Shown here piece by piece: positions 43,459-55,894 of a DNA stretch of 64,000 bases (position 1 is the first letter of the stretch; every line of letters begins with the position of its first letter). The stretch lies in NCBI RefSeq assembly GCF_964355755.1, contig NC_092676.1, positions 13,410,871 to 13,474,870 on the forward strand, read 5' to 3'. A model generated the notes under the pieces. That model was not told the DNA's origin and did not search any database. It worked only from the letters and a program-made list of their open reading frames with translations. The stretch comes from Antedon mediterranea (Eukaryota; Animalia; Echinodermata). The translations under genes were made by a program, and so were the position numbers.

Positions 43459-46400
43459 CTAGTTTTGACGTACAGACATCGACCCCGTTTTTACATACAG
43501 ATATCGAATCCGATTTTCCGCACAGACATTGACCCCGATTTCACGTGCAGACACCGACCCCGTTTTTACGTACAGGCATCGACCCCGATTTAATGTATAG
43601 ACATCGACCCTGATTTTATGTACAGACATCGGCCTAGTTTTTATGTACAGACATCGACCTAGTTTTTACGTACCGACATCGACCTCAATTTTACGTGCAG
43701 ACATCGACCCCGATTTTACGTACAGACATCGACCTAGCTTTGAACTACAGACATCGAACCCGTTTTTACGTGCAGAGATCGATCCCGTTTTTACGTACAT
43801 ACATCGACCCCGATTTTACGTACAGACATCGACCTAGTTTTGACCTACAGACATCGACTTAGTTTTGACCTACAGACATCGACACCGGTTTTACGTACAG
43901 ACATCGACCCTGATTTTAGATACAGACATCGACCTAGTTTTGACGTAGAGACATCGACCCCGTCTTTACATACAGACATCGACCTAGTTTTTACGTAAAG
44001 ACATCGACCCTGATTTTACATACAGACATCGACCTAGTTTTGACGTACAGACATCGACCCCGTTTTTACATACATATATCGACCTAGTTTTTACGTACCG
44101 ACATCAACCTCGATTTTACGTAGAGACATTGACCCCGATTTTACGTACATACATCGACCTCGATTTTAGGTACAGACATCGACCCCGATTTTACGTACAG
44201 ACATCGACCTAGTTTTGACGTACAGACATCGACCCCGATTTCACGATCAGACATCGATCCCGTATTTACGTACAGACATCGATCTCGTATTTACGTACAG
44301 ACATCGACCCCGTTTTTACGTACAGACATCGACCCTGATTTTACGTACATACATCGACCCCGATATAACGTACATATATCGATCCCTATTTTACGTACAG
44401 AAATCGACTCCGTTTAACGTACCGACATCGACCCCGATTTTATATACAGACATCGACCTAGTTTTTACGTACAGACATCGACCTAGTTTTTACGTACAGA
44501 CATCGGCCTAGTTTTTACTTACAGACGTCGACATAGTTGTTATGCAATGACAGCAACCCCGACTTTACGTACAGATATGGACCCCGATTTTACGTACAGA
44601 CATCGACCCAGTTTTTACGTACAGACATCGACCACGTTTTTACGTACAGACATCGACCCCGTTTTTACGTGCAGACATCGACCCCGTTTTTACGTACAGA
44701 CATCGACCTAGTTTTGAACTACAGACATCGACATCGACCCTGATTTTACGTATAGACATGTATCCCGATTTTACGAACAGACATCGACTTAGTTTTCACG
44801 TACATCATCGACCCTGATTTTACATACATTCATCTACCTAGTTTTGACGTACAGACATCGACCCCGTTTTTACATACAGATATCGAATCCGATTTTCCGC
44901 ACAGACATTGACCCCGATTTCACGTGCAGACACCGACCCCGTTTTTACGTACAGGCATCGACCCCGATTTAATGTATAGACATCGACCCCGATTTTATGT
45001 ACAGACATCGGCCTAGTTTTTATGTACAGACATCGACCTAGTTTTTACGTACCGACATCGACCTCAATTTTACGTGCAGACATCGACCCCGATTTTACGT
45101 ACAGACAGCGACCTAGCTTTGAACTACAGACATCAACTGCGTTTTTACGTACATATATTGACCCCAATTTTACGTACAGATATCGACCCAGTTTTTTCGT
45201 ACAGAAATCGACGCCATTTTTACGTACAGACATCGACCCTGATTTTACATACAGAAATGTACCCCGATTTTACGTACAGACATCGACCCCGATTTTACGT
45301 ATAGACATCGACCTTGATTTAACGTACAGACATCGAACCCGTTTTTACGTGAAGACATCGATCCCGTTTTTACGTACATACATTGACCCCGATTTTACGT
45401 ACAGACATCGACAATGATTTTACGTACAGACATCGACCTAGTTTTGACCTACAGACATCGACTTAGTTTTGAACTACAGACATCGACACCGGTTTTACGT
45501 ACAGACATCGACCCTGATTTTACATACAGACATCGACCTAGTTTTGACGTAGAGACATCGACCCCGTCTTTAAATACAGACATCGATCTTGTTTTTTACG
45601 TACAGAGATCGACTTAGTTTTTACGTACCGACATCCACCCCGATTTTACGTACAGACAGCGACCCCGATTTTACATCGACCTAGTTTTGACGGACATTAT
45701 AACGACCCCGTTTTGATGTACATACATCGACACCGATTTTTCGTGCAGACATCGACCCCGATTTTACGTACAGACATCGACCTAGCTTTGAACTACAGAC
45801 ATCGACTGCGTTTTTACGTACATACATCGACCCCGATTTTACGTACAGATATCGACCCAGTTTTTTCGTCCAGACATCCACCCCATTTTTACGTACAGAC
45901 ATCGACCTAGTTTTGAACTAAAGACATCGACTCCGTTTTTACGTACAGACATCGACCCTGATTTTACATACAGAAATGTACCCCGATTTTGCGTACATAC
46001 ATCGACCCCGATTTTACGTATAGACATCGACCTTGATTTAATGTACAGACATCGAACCCGTTTTTACGTTCAGACATCGATCCCGTTTTTACGTACATAA
46101 ATCGACCAAGATTTAACGTAGAGACATTGACCCTGATTTTACATACAGACATCGACCTAGTTTTGACGTACAGACATTGACCCCGTCTTTACATACAGAC
46201 ATCGATCTTGTTTTTTAAGTACAGAGATCGACCTAGTTTTTACGTACCGACATCGACCCCGATTTTACGTACAGACAGCGACCCCGATTTTACATCGACC
46301 TAGTTTTGACGGACATATATCGACCCAGTTTTGACGTACAGACATCGACACCGATTTTACGCAAGACGTCGACCCCGATTTCACGTACAGACATCGACCC

Positions 46401-46622
46401 CGTATTTACATCGACCTAGTTTTTACGTACATACAACGACTCCGTTTAACGTACCGACATCGGCCTCGTTTTTACGTACAGACATCGACTCCGTTCTTAC
46501 GTAAAGACATCGACCTCGATTTTACGTACAGACAGCGACTACGATTTTACGTACAGACATCGACCCCGTTTTGACGTACAGACATCGACACCGATTTTAC
46601 GCAAAGACAACGACCCCGATTT

Positions 46623-47127
46623 CTCACACAAAACATCAAAGTGTACAAAATAGCTTTAAATCGCATTTGGAGACGCTTTAGACCATTTTGTGATTTTCGA
46701 AAAAAACATGTTAACATAAAAACATCAAAGTGCTAAGAATAGCTTCAAATCGCATTTGGAGACGTTTTAGACTATTTTGTGATTTTCGAAAAAACTTGTT
46801 AACATAAAAACACCAAAGTGCTTTGAATAGCTTCAAATCGCATTTGGAGACGTCTTAGACCATTTTGTGCATTTCGATGAAACTTGGTTACACAAAAACA
46901 TCAAAGTGCTTAAAATCACATTAGAAATCGTTTTAGACCATTTTGAGCATTTCGATAAAACTTTTCACACAAAAATATCAAAGAGCACAAAATAGCTTAA
47001 TATGGTATTTGAAAACGTTTTAGACCATTTTGAGCATTTCGATAAAACTTTTCACACAAAAACATCAAAGTGTACAAAATAGCTTCAAATCGCATTTGGA
47101 GACATTTTAGACCATTTTGTGCATTTC
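46623..47127 (+). repeat. ~88-bp tandem repeat (~6 copies)
   Basis: AAACATCAAAGTG...AATAGCTTCAAATCGCATTTGGAGACGTTTTAGACCATTTTG recurs near 46631, 46720, 46808, 46897, 46972 and 47060. Confidence 0.88.
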
Positions 47128-47165
47128 GTAGCTATTCTTAGCACCAAAGTGCTAAGAATAGCTAC

Positions 47166-48389
47166 AGTGTTAACATCATCTTATAGAGCCATAGTCTTTT
47201 TACTAGCATAGTAACTAGTTATGTAAAAAAAGGGTATGTATGTGCATAAATGGCAATATTACAGCATAATTTTTGAATTTTAAAAAGTGGAAATTTTAGT
47301 AATTTTTCGAAAAAATTTCTATGGTCCTCACCATGGAAATTTGTTGAAAAAATGGCCAAATTTCAACCCTTTTATTTTTTGACATAACTAGCTACAATGG
47401 CTCTATAAGATGATGTTAACACAATATATGTGCATAAATGGCAATATTATAGTCTAATTATTGAATTTTAAAAGGAGGAAATTTTGGTCATTTTTCGAAA
47501 AATTGCCAAATTTCGACCTTTTTATTTTTTGACATAACTAGTTACTAAGGCTCTATAAGATGATGTTAACACAATATATGACCATATATGGCAATATTAT
47601 AGCATAATTATTTAATTTTAAAAAGTAGGAATTTTTTGCCATTTTCGACCCTTTTATATTTTGACATAAGTAGTTGCTATGGCTCTATAAGATGATATTA
47701 GCACAATATATTTGCATAAATTGCAATATTATAGCATAATTTTTTTATTTTAAACAATGGAAATTTTGAACATTTTTCAAACAAAAATCCTATGGTCCCC
47801 CGCAGGGAAATTTTTCAAAAAATGGCCAAATTTCGACCCTTTTATTTTTTGACATAACTAGTTACTATGGCTCTATAAGATGATGTTAAGCATAATTTTT
47901 TAATTTTAAAGAATGGAAATTTTGACCATTTTTTGAAAAAAAGTTCCATGGTCCCCCGCAGGGAAATTTTCGAAAAATTGCCAGTTTTCAACCTTTTTAT
48001 TTTTTGACATAACTAGTTACGATGGCTCTAAAAGATGATGTTAGCACAATATATTTGCAAAAATGGCAATATTATAGCATAATTATTGAATTTTAAAAAG
48101 TGGAAAATTTTTCCATTTTTCGACCCTTTTGTTTTTTGACTAAACTAGTTGCTATGGCTTTATAAGATGATGTTAGCACAATATATGTGCATAAATGGCA
48201 ATATTAAAACATAATTTTGGAATTTTAGAAAGTGGAAATTTTGGCAATTTTTCGAAAAAATTCCTATGGTGTCCCGCAGGAAAATTGTCGAAAAATGGCC
48301 AAATTTTGACACTTTTTGTTGTTGACATAACTAGTTACTATGGCTCTATAAGGTGATGTTAGCACAATATATGTACATAAATGGCAATA
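47166..48389 (+). repeat. AT-rich ~187-bp satellite with ~132-155-bp deletion variants, left part
   Basis: GGCTCTATAAGATGATGTTAGCACAATATATGTGCATAAATGGCAATATT recurs at spacings of 132-188 bp. The first ~70 bp are inverted. Confidence 0.9.
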
Positions 48390-49493
48390 AATTAAGTGTA
48401 GCGCCCCCAACTTTCATATCGTTTTATGGAGTAGCGATTCCGAAAACATATTGTATACAAACCACACGAGATACCCGGAAGCGATCAAGCATAAAACGAC
48501 TGTATTTTAATAGCCAATAAAAACAAATAAAAACCACGAAAGCCAGAAAAATAATGAATATTCATTAGAACAACCCTGGATGAAGGTGAAAAAGATGTTG
48601 ATATCGTTTTATCACGTGGATTTTCAGAGGGAATCTAACTGAAAGTTAACCAACATTGTTTTTTTCTCAAGTTATACATTTAAAAAGTAGGTATAAATGT
48701 TTTTTTCCATATCAGTTTAAAAATAATTTTTTTCTGTTGAATTCTTTGATTTAGTTGGATACTTTAGTTATCCTTGAATGTTTTAACAAGGTTCGTATTC
48801 ATATAACCTGGCTGGATTTTTTCCTATGCTAGCTAGGCCCAGGCCGCCTTGCATGGTTAAAACCAGCTGTGTAAGACTAATGGCTGTGTATTTTTAACAG
48901 GTAAACATGTCTGTTCTCGGGCCTGAGTGACAGTTTAAAGCTGTTTCTAGTAGGCTGGCCTGGTCCTAATTAATAATGAGGCCTAGCCTAGAATCTAGCT
49001 AGGCCTAAGATATTTAAAAAATCATATTGGAAGGGGAGTTACACTACAGTAGGTCAGGCTACATGCCTATACTATATATAAAATATAGGCTAAATCAGCA
49101 GCAGGTTAAGGCCTAGCAGCCTACCTAAACCTGTCTTAGTCAAAGATAAGTTCTCGGGGGTGTAATATATTAAAAGAAAGAAGCTATAGAGTACTATGAC
49201 ATTAGATATTTAATTATAACAAATGTATATTTCTTTCATATTTGTATTGTATATTTATTATTAATACAGTATTTTGATATGCAATCAAAATCTGAATCAG
49301 TAAATAACATCAATTTCCGTTATCAATCAATTAATATATTAAAACCAAATTAAAATAAAATAACTTCCAAAAAATTCAATTACAATTCATTTGTTAATAT
49401 TTCCAAAATCATTTTTCTGGCAATAACAAAAAAACCACTACCATTCATAATATGTACAATACTGTAACAATTAACTGAGTGTGAAATAGCAAA

Positions 49494-52400
49494 CTATTCC
49501 TCAACTTTTCTGCACTTGGGCCTAGTCACCTCATGCTGGATCTCGGGTGAAATAAAAGTCAGATGTGACTTCATGATTGACATAAGCTAGTCGAGGTTGC
49601 TCTTTAATCCATATACCGCCCTTTTCCGGTGATTAAATTCTGAGTGGATTAATTCGCCGCCTTGCTCAGCTAAGAGTCCAACTCCTACTCTCCATTCTCT
49701 CATGAACGGTATTGTGTGGTGCTCCAACATGTGCAATTTTGGTTGAATCACATTTGGAGCGATGCGTCTGTATTCTTTGGAGAACAGTTGTATGTAGGTT
49801 TCTGTTTTGTGAAAAAAATGTTTTTTTAAATTTTAACATTTTATTTGAAAGATGTATTGTCTTTTGAAATGACAAAAAATCATGAATTAAATTTTAATGT
49901 AACAAGAAAGTTTATAAATGAGAATTTAAATTATACAGATGTTTGAAGAAATTAATCACACATTAAGAATAAATAAAACCAGACAAAATTCACATAATTT
50001 GGTCATCAGTTTTTGCTTACCATATTGATCTATTTCTGAATCAGTGATGTGCCTAGTATGATTTATGCATTCATGGGCATTAGTAAAGGTTTTGAATACA
50101 GGTTTAAATGATTCCTGTATCTTGTGCAATTTTGTTTCAAGCAGTTGCTTACAGTTGGTAGGACAGTGATGTATCTGTTGCTTTAAAGTCATTGAGACAC
50201 CATCCATGAGCTTTTTTATGATGTTGAACTAAAAATAAAATGAATAGTTTAAAATAAAACATTTACAGTATGGCGAGAGTCAATCGCAAATAATTCTTAA
50301 TTTTATTACTTATTTTGCTGTGTAAAAATTAACGAACTTCACATTTTAGGAATTTTAGTTACTCACTTTGCATGCTCTGTATACATGGTTTCCCACAAAA
50401 CTCTTTCCGTGGTACTGCTGTCGAGGAATTTTATTTTTCCTCAACACCTCGTCCATTTTTGTACATAGAGGTCCAGTTCCAAATGTTATCTCTTGGTTCA
50501 TAGTACTTCGCTATACAAAATATAAAAGAAATATAGCATTAATTTTTATAGTAATGTATTGTATGTTTTAGACATAATTTTAAATTTTAAAGGTGTATAC
50601 TGTAGTACTGACCAAGTCTTTGACCTCTCGTTCTTTCAGATTTATTATGTGGCCAGTCTCTGCAATCTCTGCAATCTTGTTATGCTGTTTTGTCACAAGT
50701 GACACTGAGAGCTCGTTTCTTAAATCCTCAAGATTCTCTTCGAAAGACTGGATTTTAATCATTGTAGCATTTCGATGAGCTGCAGCTTCTGATATGCTTT
50801 TCTCAAAGTCTGCTAGATGATCACCTGAGATTAAACAATATTGGTCAATCAAATAAATTTCAATCTGCATCAAAAATGTGCATCAAAATTAGTATATTTA
50901 AAAAATGTTAATGATAATATGGATAATTCATAGAAAAATAAGTTTCAGCCAAAGGTTTGTTTATTATGCATAAAAACAGGATAAACAATTTCGAAATTTA
51001 CTGAATTCTATGCTGAAATGTATATGAATGTATATTTAAAAAGCAACTTGACCAATTGAGTTTATTTAATGTCAATGTAAAGTTGGAACAACATTTGAAG
51101 TTACCAGTCAAGATGTCACCATCCTGTCGCATGTTAAAAATTATAACATCAAGATTGTGCACGTCTTTTTCCAGCATATCATATAGTTTCTTAAACAACC
51201 CAAGAGAAATATGTAATGCTGGTATTGACACCTGGAAAAATAGTTGATTGAGGAAATATTTAATAAAGAGGTATCTATATATAAATTTACGTAAGGGCAA
51301 AATTCGGTAAATCTCGGTTTATTTCTAGAATTTTTACTCGATGGTATATAAAGTTGGTTCGTACTTTCGGTACTGATTTTAACCATCTGATGTAACCCTG
51401 TTTACTAATTAAATTGAGTTAGGTAATTAGTTATTGACGATTAAAACGAATTTAGGTTCAACGATTTGCCCCAAATAGGGGTGTTTTCCGATCGTGGTAT
51501 ACACTGTCTAATGGATGTCCATCTTGAAAAATACCCGCCACAAAAATACGAGTAGGCTTCGCATTTTCCTATCTCTTCCTACGATAATTGTTTTTAATAG
51601 CTGAAAACTGGTTGAACAGCTAGAGTACAGCATCATAATGTTGAAGACAGGCCGATTTTCTTAAAAAAATACTATTTTGATATATTTAATATACGATTAT
51701 ACAAATGTATTGATTTGCGATGAATGGAACATTCCAATCTCTGTTTCACAAGTGTCTATTCCCTCAGGCGTCGTAACTTTATTATTGCAGTTAAACCACC
51801 CACATCATCACCTTTCCCTCACTGGCATGAGTAGCGTTGTAAAACCAGTAGAGAATAGGCCTACGGTACATCACATGCCTTAAACCAACTTAAGTATGAA
51901 TTGGCTCTAAGAAACAATTGAAAACCATTAGGCCTACTAATTAAGTTGAGTTAGATAATTTAATATTATTGACGATTAAATCGAATTTATGATTTTCCCC
52001 GAATAGAGGTGGTTTTCACAAATTGTTTTACATTATATTATAAACATATACACGTCGTAGTGATGTATCGTTACATGTGCTGTACTATTTCAATCGACTA
52101 GGACGGTGATAGTTTCAACAAAGTATTACATCGCAATGTTTTACTGTGTTTAGTGGTATATTATTTGTAAAACATGAAAGCAATTAATATTTCGTTACTA
52201 AATGGATAAAGAATATATTTTAACATTGTTCCTCTTTGCACCCATCCTCTTCCCCAACCCTCAACCCTAATGTTACATACAAAACACAAATTAAGTTTGT
52301 TTAAATTTGACTTAAACAATTGGTCTTATTTTATAATAATAGGGTGCTAATTTTAGTTGAGTACATAAATCACAGTGTCTATTTATTCGTTCCTGTAAAC

Positions 52401-55241
52401 GACATGTATTATTGTCCTGCGGTACGTACATTTGAAATCGCCAGTTTTTTAACGCTGAAATTATTAAGTATTCGAGAACCATCTGTGGGCACGACCTAGA
52501 TGGTACGCGAGCGAAGCGAGCGTACCATCTAGTATTTATAAATTACTGTAACAATTGTTTGTTTTGACAGTTATTTTATACTAACATTGTTATTTAATAT
52601 GGAAGTACAAACACACATTTCATTGTTTGGAGTGTGTATTAAACTTTCTAAATTGAGATTTTAAATAATTTTGAATTTAACCTAAAATAAACACTGGGGA
52701 CCTGTGCTGTTATGATTATTTACCTACCCTGTTTAATTCGATGTCTACCAGGTATGGCCTAACAACGCTGTGCGATATTGTTTTGCTTTTTTTTTGTTAC
52801 TCCCATGGTCTACAAAAGACTTGTAGTCACGATTGTAGGTCTTGAGACATCTACAGGCTTGAGGAACATTGTTGGTTCTAATGTCATCTTGATTACAAAA
52901 ACAATAGATGCAACTGTACTTTCCTTTAAAAAAAATCAATTTTTAAATCTAAATAATATATATAGTACTTCAGTTTTGTGTAACAAATGCCAAACAATGA
53001 GAGCTAATAGCCAAAATATAAAAAAAATTGTATTGAAACTGGAAATTGTACTTACCATTTGGGCCAACAAGTCCATATACCTTTGACAAAAAATTATAAT
53101 CCCCAAAAAAGAATAGGCGGATATTGTGAGTTCTGTAAAATGAGAAGTTATTTTCATTCAATTACCATGAATTCTAATTAATTACATTAATCATAATATT
53201 AAAGATATACAAATTATGTAAAATTTTCAAATTAAGTTGCACATTATAATTATGTAGCTCTGCTATATACTTAAGTCAGTGTTACTCATTCCAATATTAT
53301 ACTACTGTATTTAATATTACTGTTTGGTCTTTGGTGAGGTCCACTGGTTTCCATCTAAATCCATGACTTCATCAAGAACCAGTTTAAAGCCTTTTTCGAC
53401 ATTTACTATAAAATCTGGTGCTTGGAATGCCAAAATGACAATAATATTGTGCAGTGCATTGGGTTTAGGTAAACTGCAAATTTGAACTTCAAATTTAGTG
53501 GTATCACCACCCTTGTCTCCTCCAAACTTGAGAAATATGTCTCCATCTTTGAAGAAGTTCAATTCATCAGACCTACTAAATTTAAAATTGCTTGTTAATT
53601 TTTGGTACTTGATTATTTTGTTAAAAAATTAAATATAATTTAAGTCTTCCCTGACTAGATGTGTAATTATTTTATTCTTATATTTATACCACATGCGATC
53701 TATTATAGTATATATAATTTGTGCCAATGATACAGTACTGATGTATGAAATAGGTTGGTTTAAAAAATAACAACAAAAAATGTTACATACATATCATATT
53801 TGTTTAGGTAGTCATAGATTAGTTCTTTGATTTTGGTTAGTCGTACTACTGCAACCTCCTCCAAAACAAGACCTCCTATAGATGTGGCTCCATCTCGTTT
53901 GACAAACATGTATTCTATAGAATCTACCATGTGATCACAGATAATCTGTTCTTGGCAAATGCGCATTTGCCTTTCAGAAGCCAAAACTCCTGGGCAAAAT
54001 CTATATTTTTTTAAAAAATGCATATACAGTACTGATTAATTATAGTTTTTATAGTTTTCTATAGTATTCTAAATTCAATTTTTAAAAAAGTAAACTGTTG
54101 ACTGAATAATAGTAAACAGTGGCTGTGTGGCCCGACGGAGGTCCACATACCCGACACGAAAAGCAATAATAAAATAAATTACCTCCGCAGTGCTCGTTGC
54201 TGGCTCCTATTTATGCGGCAGGCATTCATGATTGCCAAACATTTTAGGGGGTCCATTTTCTCTTCAGTACTTGTAACACTAACAGTTGTTGTGCACTCCG
54301 ATTGTTTAACAATGTTTATTGGCTGAATTTGATCAAATAAAATATTTGTATGATTTATCAAATAATAATGTATATGAGTGGATCAAGAGTGTAGGCCTAC
54401 ATTATGATAAATTTAAATTAATTGTAATGGGTTAAAAAACTCACCCGTCCTCGAGTCATAAGTGACACTTTCTTATTATTCATAAGGTCTTTCCGTACTA
54501 TGTTGTGTGCCATGCTTTTCAATTCTTTTGGCCAAACCTCATTTGTTTGGGCAGTACATGTAATTTCTTCAACTGCACTTACAATTTTGGTGAATGCCTG
54601 TTCTTTAAACGTTTTGCAAACATGATTGGGGGTTTCTGACCAAACTAATTGAATTTTACATTGTTTGCATTGCAAAGGGACTCGTTTAAGCGATTGTTCT
54701 ACAATAAGTGGAACTGGTTTGAGATCTTGGTCACTGACAATTTTGCTGCACTTAAAACAATCAATTGATTCTCGTCCTACTGCTTTAAACAATTTTTTTA
54801 TGCAAAATGTACAAACAAATTTTGACAAGGTGTCTGTTGGCTGTCAATTGACAACAAATTATTTCATATCTGACATTCATATACTTGATTATCGTAATTT
54901 TCACAAATTTTAAATTGAGGATTTAGTAGCAAGGGCTCATGGGTGGGAATAAAACTGCCAGTAGTATTGCTTCTGTTTTCGGGAAACTTGCATTTCTTCA
55001 GCCTTCGACCAGGTCTTGATTGTTGACTGAATAAGTAGCACGCTAAGCATTTGTCTCCATGGTCTTTGAAATTAAATAGTGTTATGTTGTGTCCACCAAG
55101 TGCGCTAACGTGACAGCTTGCACATAGCCACTTAAGATTTGGATCCAAATTATATTCATAAGTGTACTTTACATCTTTTATTTTAAATTTGTTTCCGCAA
55201 CAGTAGCAAAGGGAACTTAATGCCCTTTCGTGAAACTCCAT
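49494..55241 (-). pseudogene. RAG1L: Intron-rich RAG1-like DDE transposase/recombinase pseudogene (11 exons, ~890 codons)
   Basis: Exons, all with phase-compatible GT-AG introns: 55241-54445, 54322-54183, 54000-53791, 53572-53321, 53132-53056, 52923-52728, 51231-51105, 50824-50613, 50510-50367, 50228-50021, 49801-49494. Motifs: HERALSSLCYCCG; RING CQI*...TPCQNLF/CTFC...CFKC; ZnA-like CKQC...H; TRGR|P; DPLKCLAI; FGGDKGG; FGDY; GPNGKYSCIYC; PALHISLG; FVGNH; PKLHMLEHH; GLLAEQGGELIH. Two stops (54864-54866, 49587-49589) and two frameshifts (~54813, ~52773). Confidence 0.85.
51274..52532 (+). mobile_element. Non-autonomous Helitron (1259 bp) in intron 6 of the RAG1-like gene; same family as 5925-7125
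   Basis: A|TCTATATATA ... CTAGATGGTACGCGAGCGAAGCGAGCGTACCATCTAG|T. The first ~450 bp and last ~150 bp closely match the reverse complement of 5925-7125. Confidence 0.9.
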
Positions 55242-55894
55242 TACTGTATATGAAATAAAATATAATATAAAAGATATTAAATAAAAATAGCTCCGCAGCT
55301 TATCTGTGAAATATATTTGTAATTGTATGTGTAATTTTTATAAAGGCCTATAATAGCATAGTTACAGTAATGACTGTCACTCAGTCACACCAGCTAGCCT
55401 AAAAATGCACCAGTAAAGCAATAATTATTATTATAAACACATGCCATTAATTATTTGATAACAGTTATAATGATTCAATTTAGGATTAGGATAATTAAAG
55501 GTTTTACTACTACGAATTTTCTATGTTTGGGCCTAGCTTCATCCTAGGCTTACATTACTGTCAAGTTTATCGCCGGCGTCAACGCACTTTCTAAGCCTAT
55601 CGCCAAACCGTTTTCTCGCCGATAACAATAACAATGTATAAAGGGGTTGCAAAATATGCGAGTTTTACTAAAAACTGAACCAGGCTATATTAACATAACT
55701 TGTATTATTTTATTTATATAATAATGATGGCCTATATTCTAGTTCGTTCTTTTTCTAAAAAAATGAATTATATCCAAAAAATAAGTTAAGAATACAATGA
55801 TATTTTCTACTTACGATTGTTTACTATTTCATTACACAGTTTATATCGACTTCCTGGTTTATGTGTGGGAGATTATTTCAGTAAAATGGACAAT

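Larger units (their letters stand above)
1..46622 (+). repeat. 25-bp tandem satellite array, consensus GACATCGACCCCGATTTTACGTACA, interrupted by TE insertions
   Basis: The 25-bp period is directly visible throughout, with recurrent variants (GACCTAGTT, CATACATC, GATCCCGTATTT). The array switches to a different repeat at ~46623. Confidence 0.98.

Noticed and set aside
1-46622. Over 100 ORFs encoding YVQTSTPILRTDIDPDFTYRHRPRF-like repeats
   Set aside because: They are translations of a 25-bp monomer whose consensus has no plus-strand stop. They overlap in all frames and indels are not frame-preserving.
1-46622. CRISPR-like or iteron-like array
   Set aside because: Monomers are head-to-tail with no unique spacers, there are no cas genes, and the context is eukaryotic.
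48363-48369. CACAATA as the left heptamer of the RAG1-like element
   Set aside because: It is an ordinary part of every 187-bp monomer, and the spacing to the nonamer-equivalent would be 19 bp.
48555-48640. Short plus-strand frame (…DEGEKDVDIVLSRGFSEGI) as a RAG2L remnant
   Set aside because: Too short, with no kelch motif and no supported splice partners.
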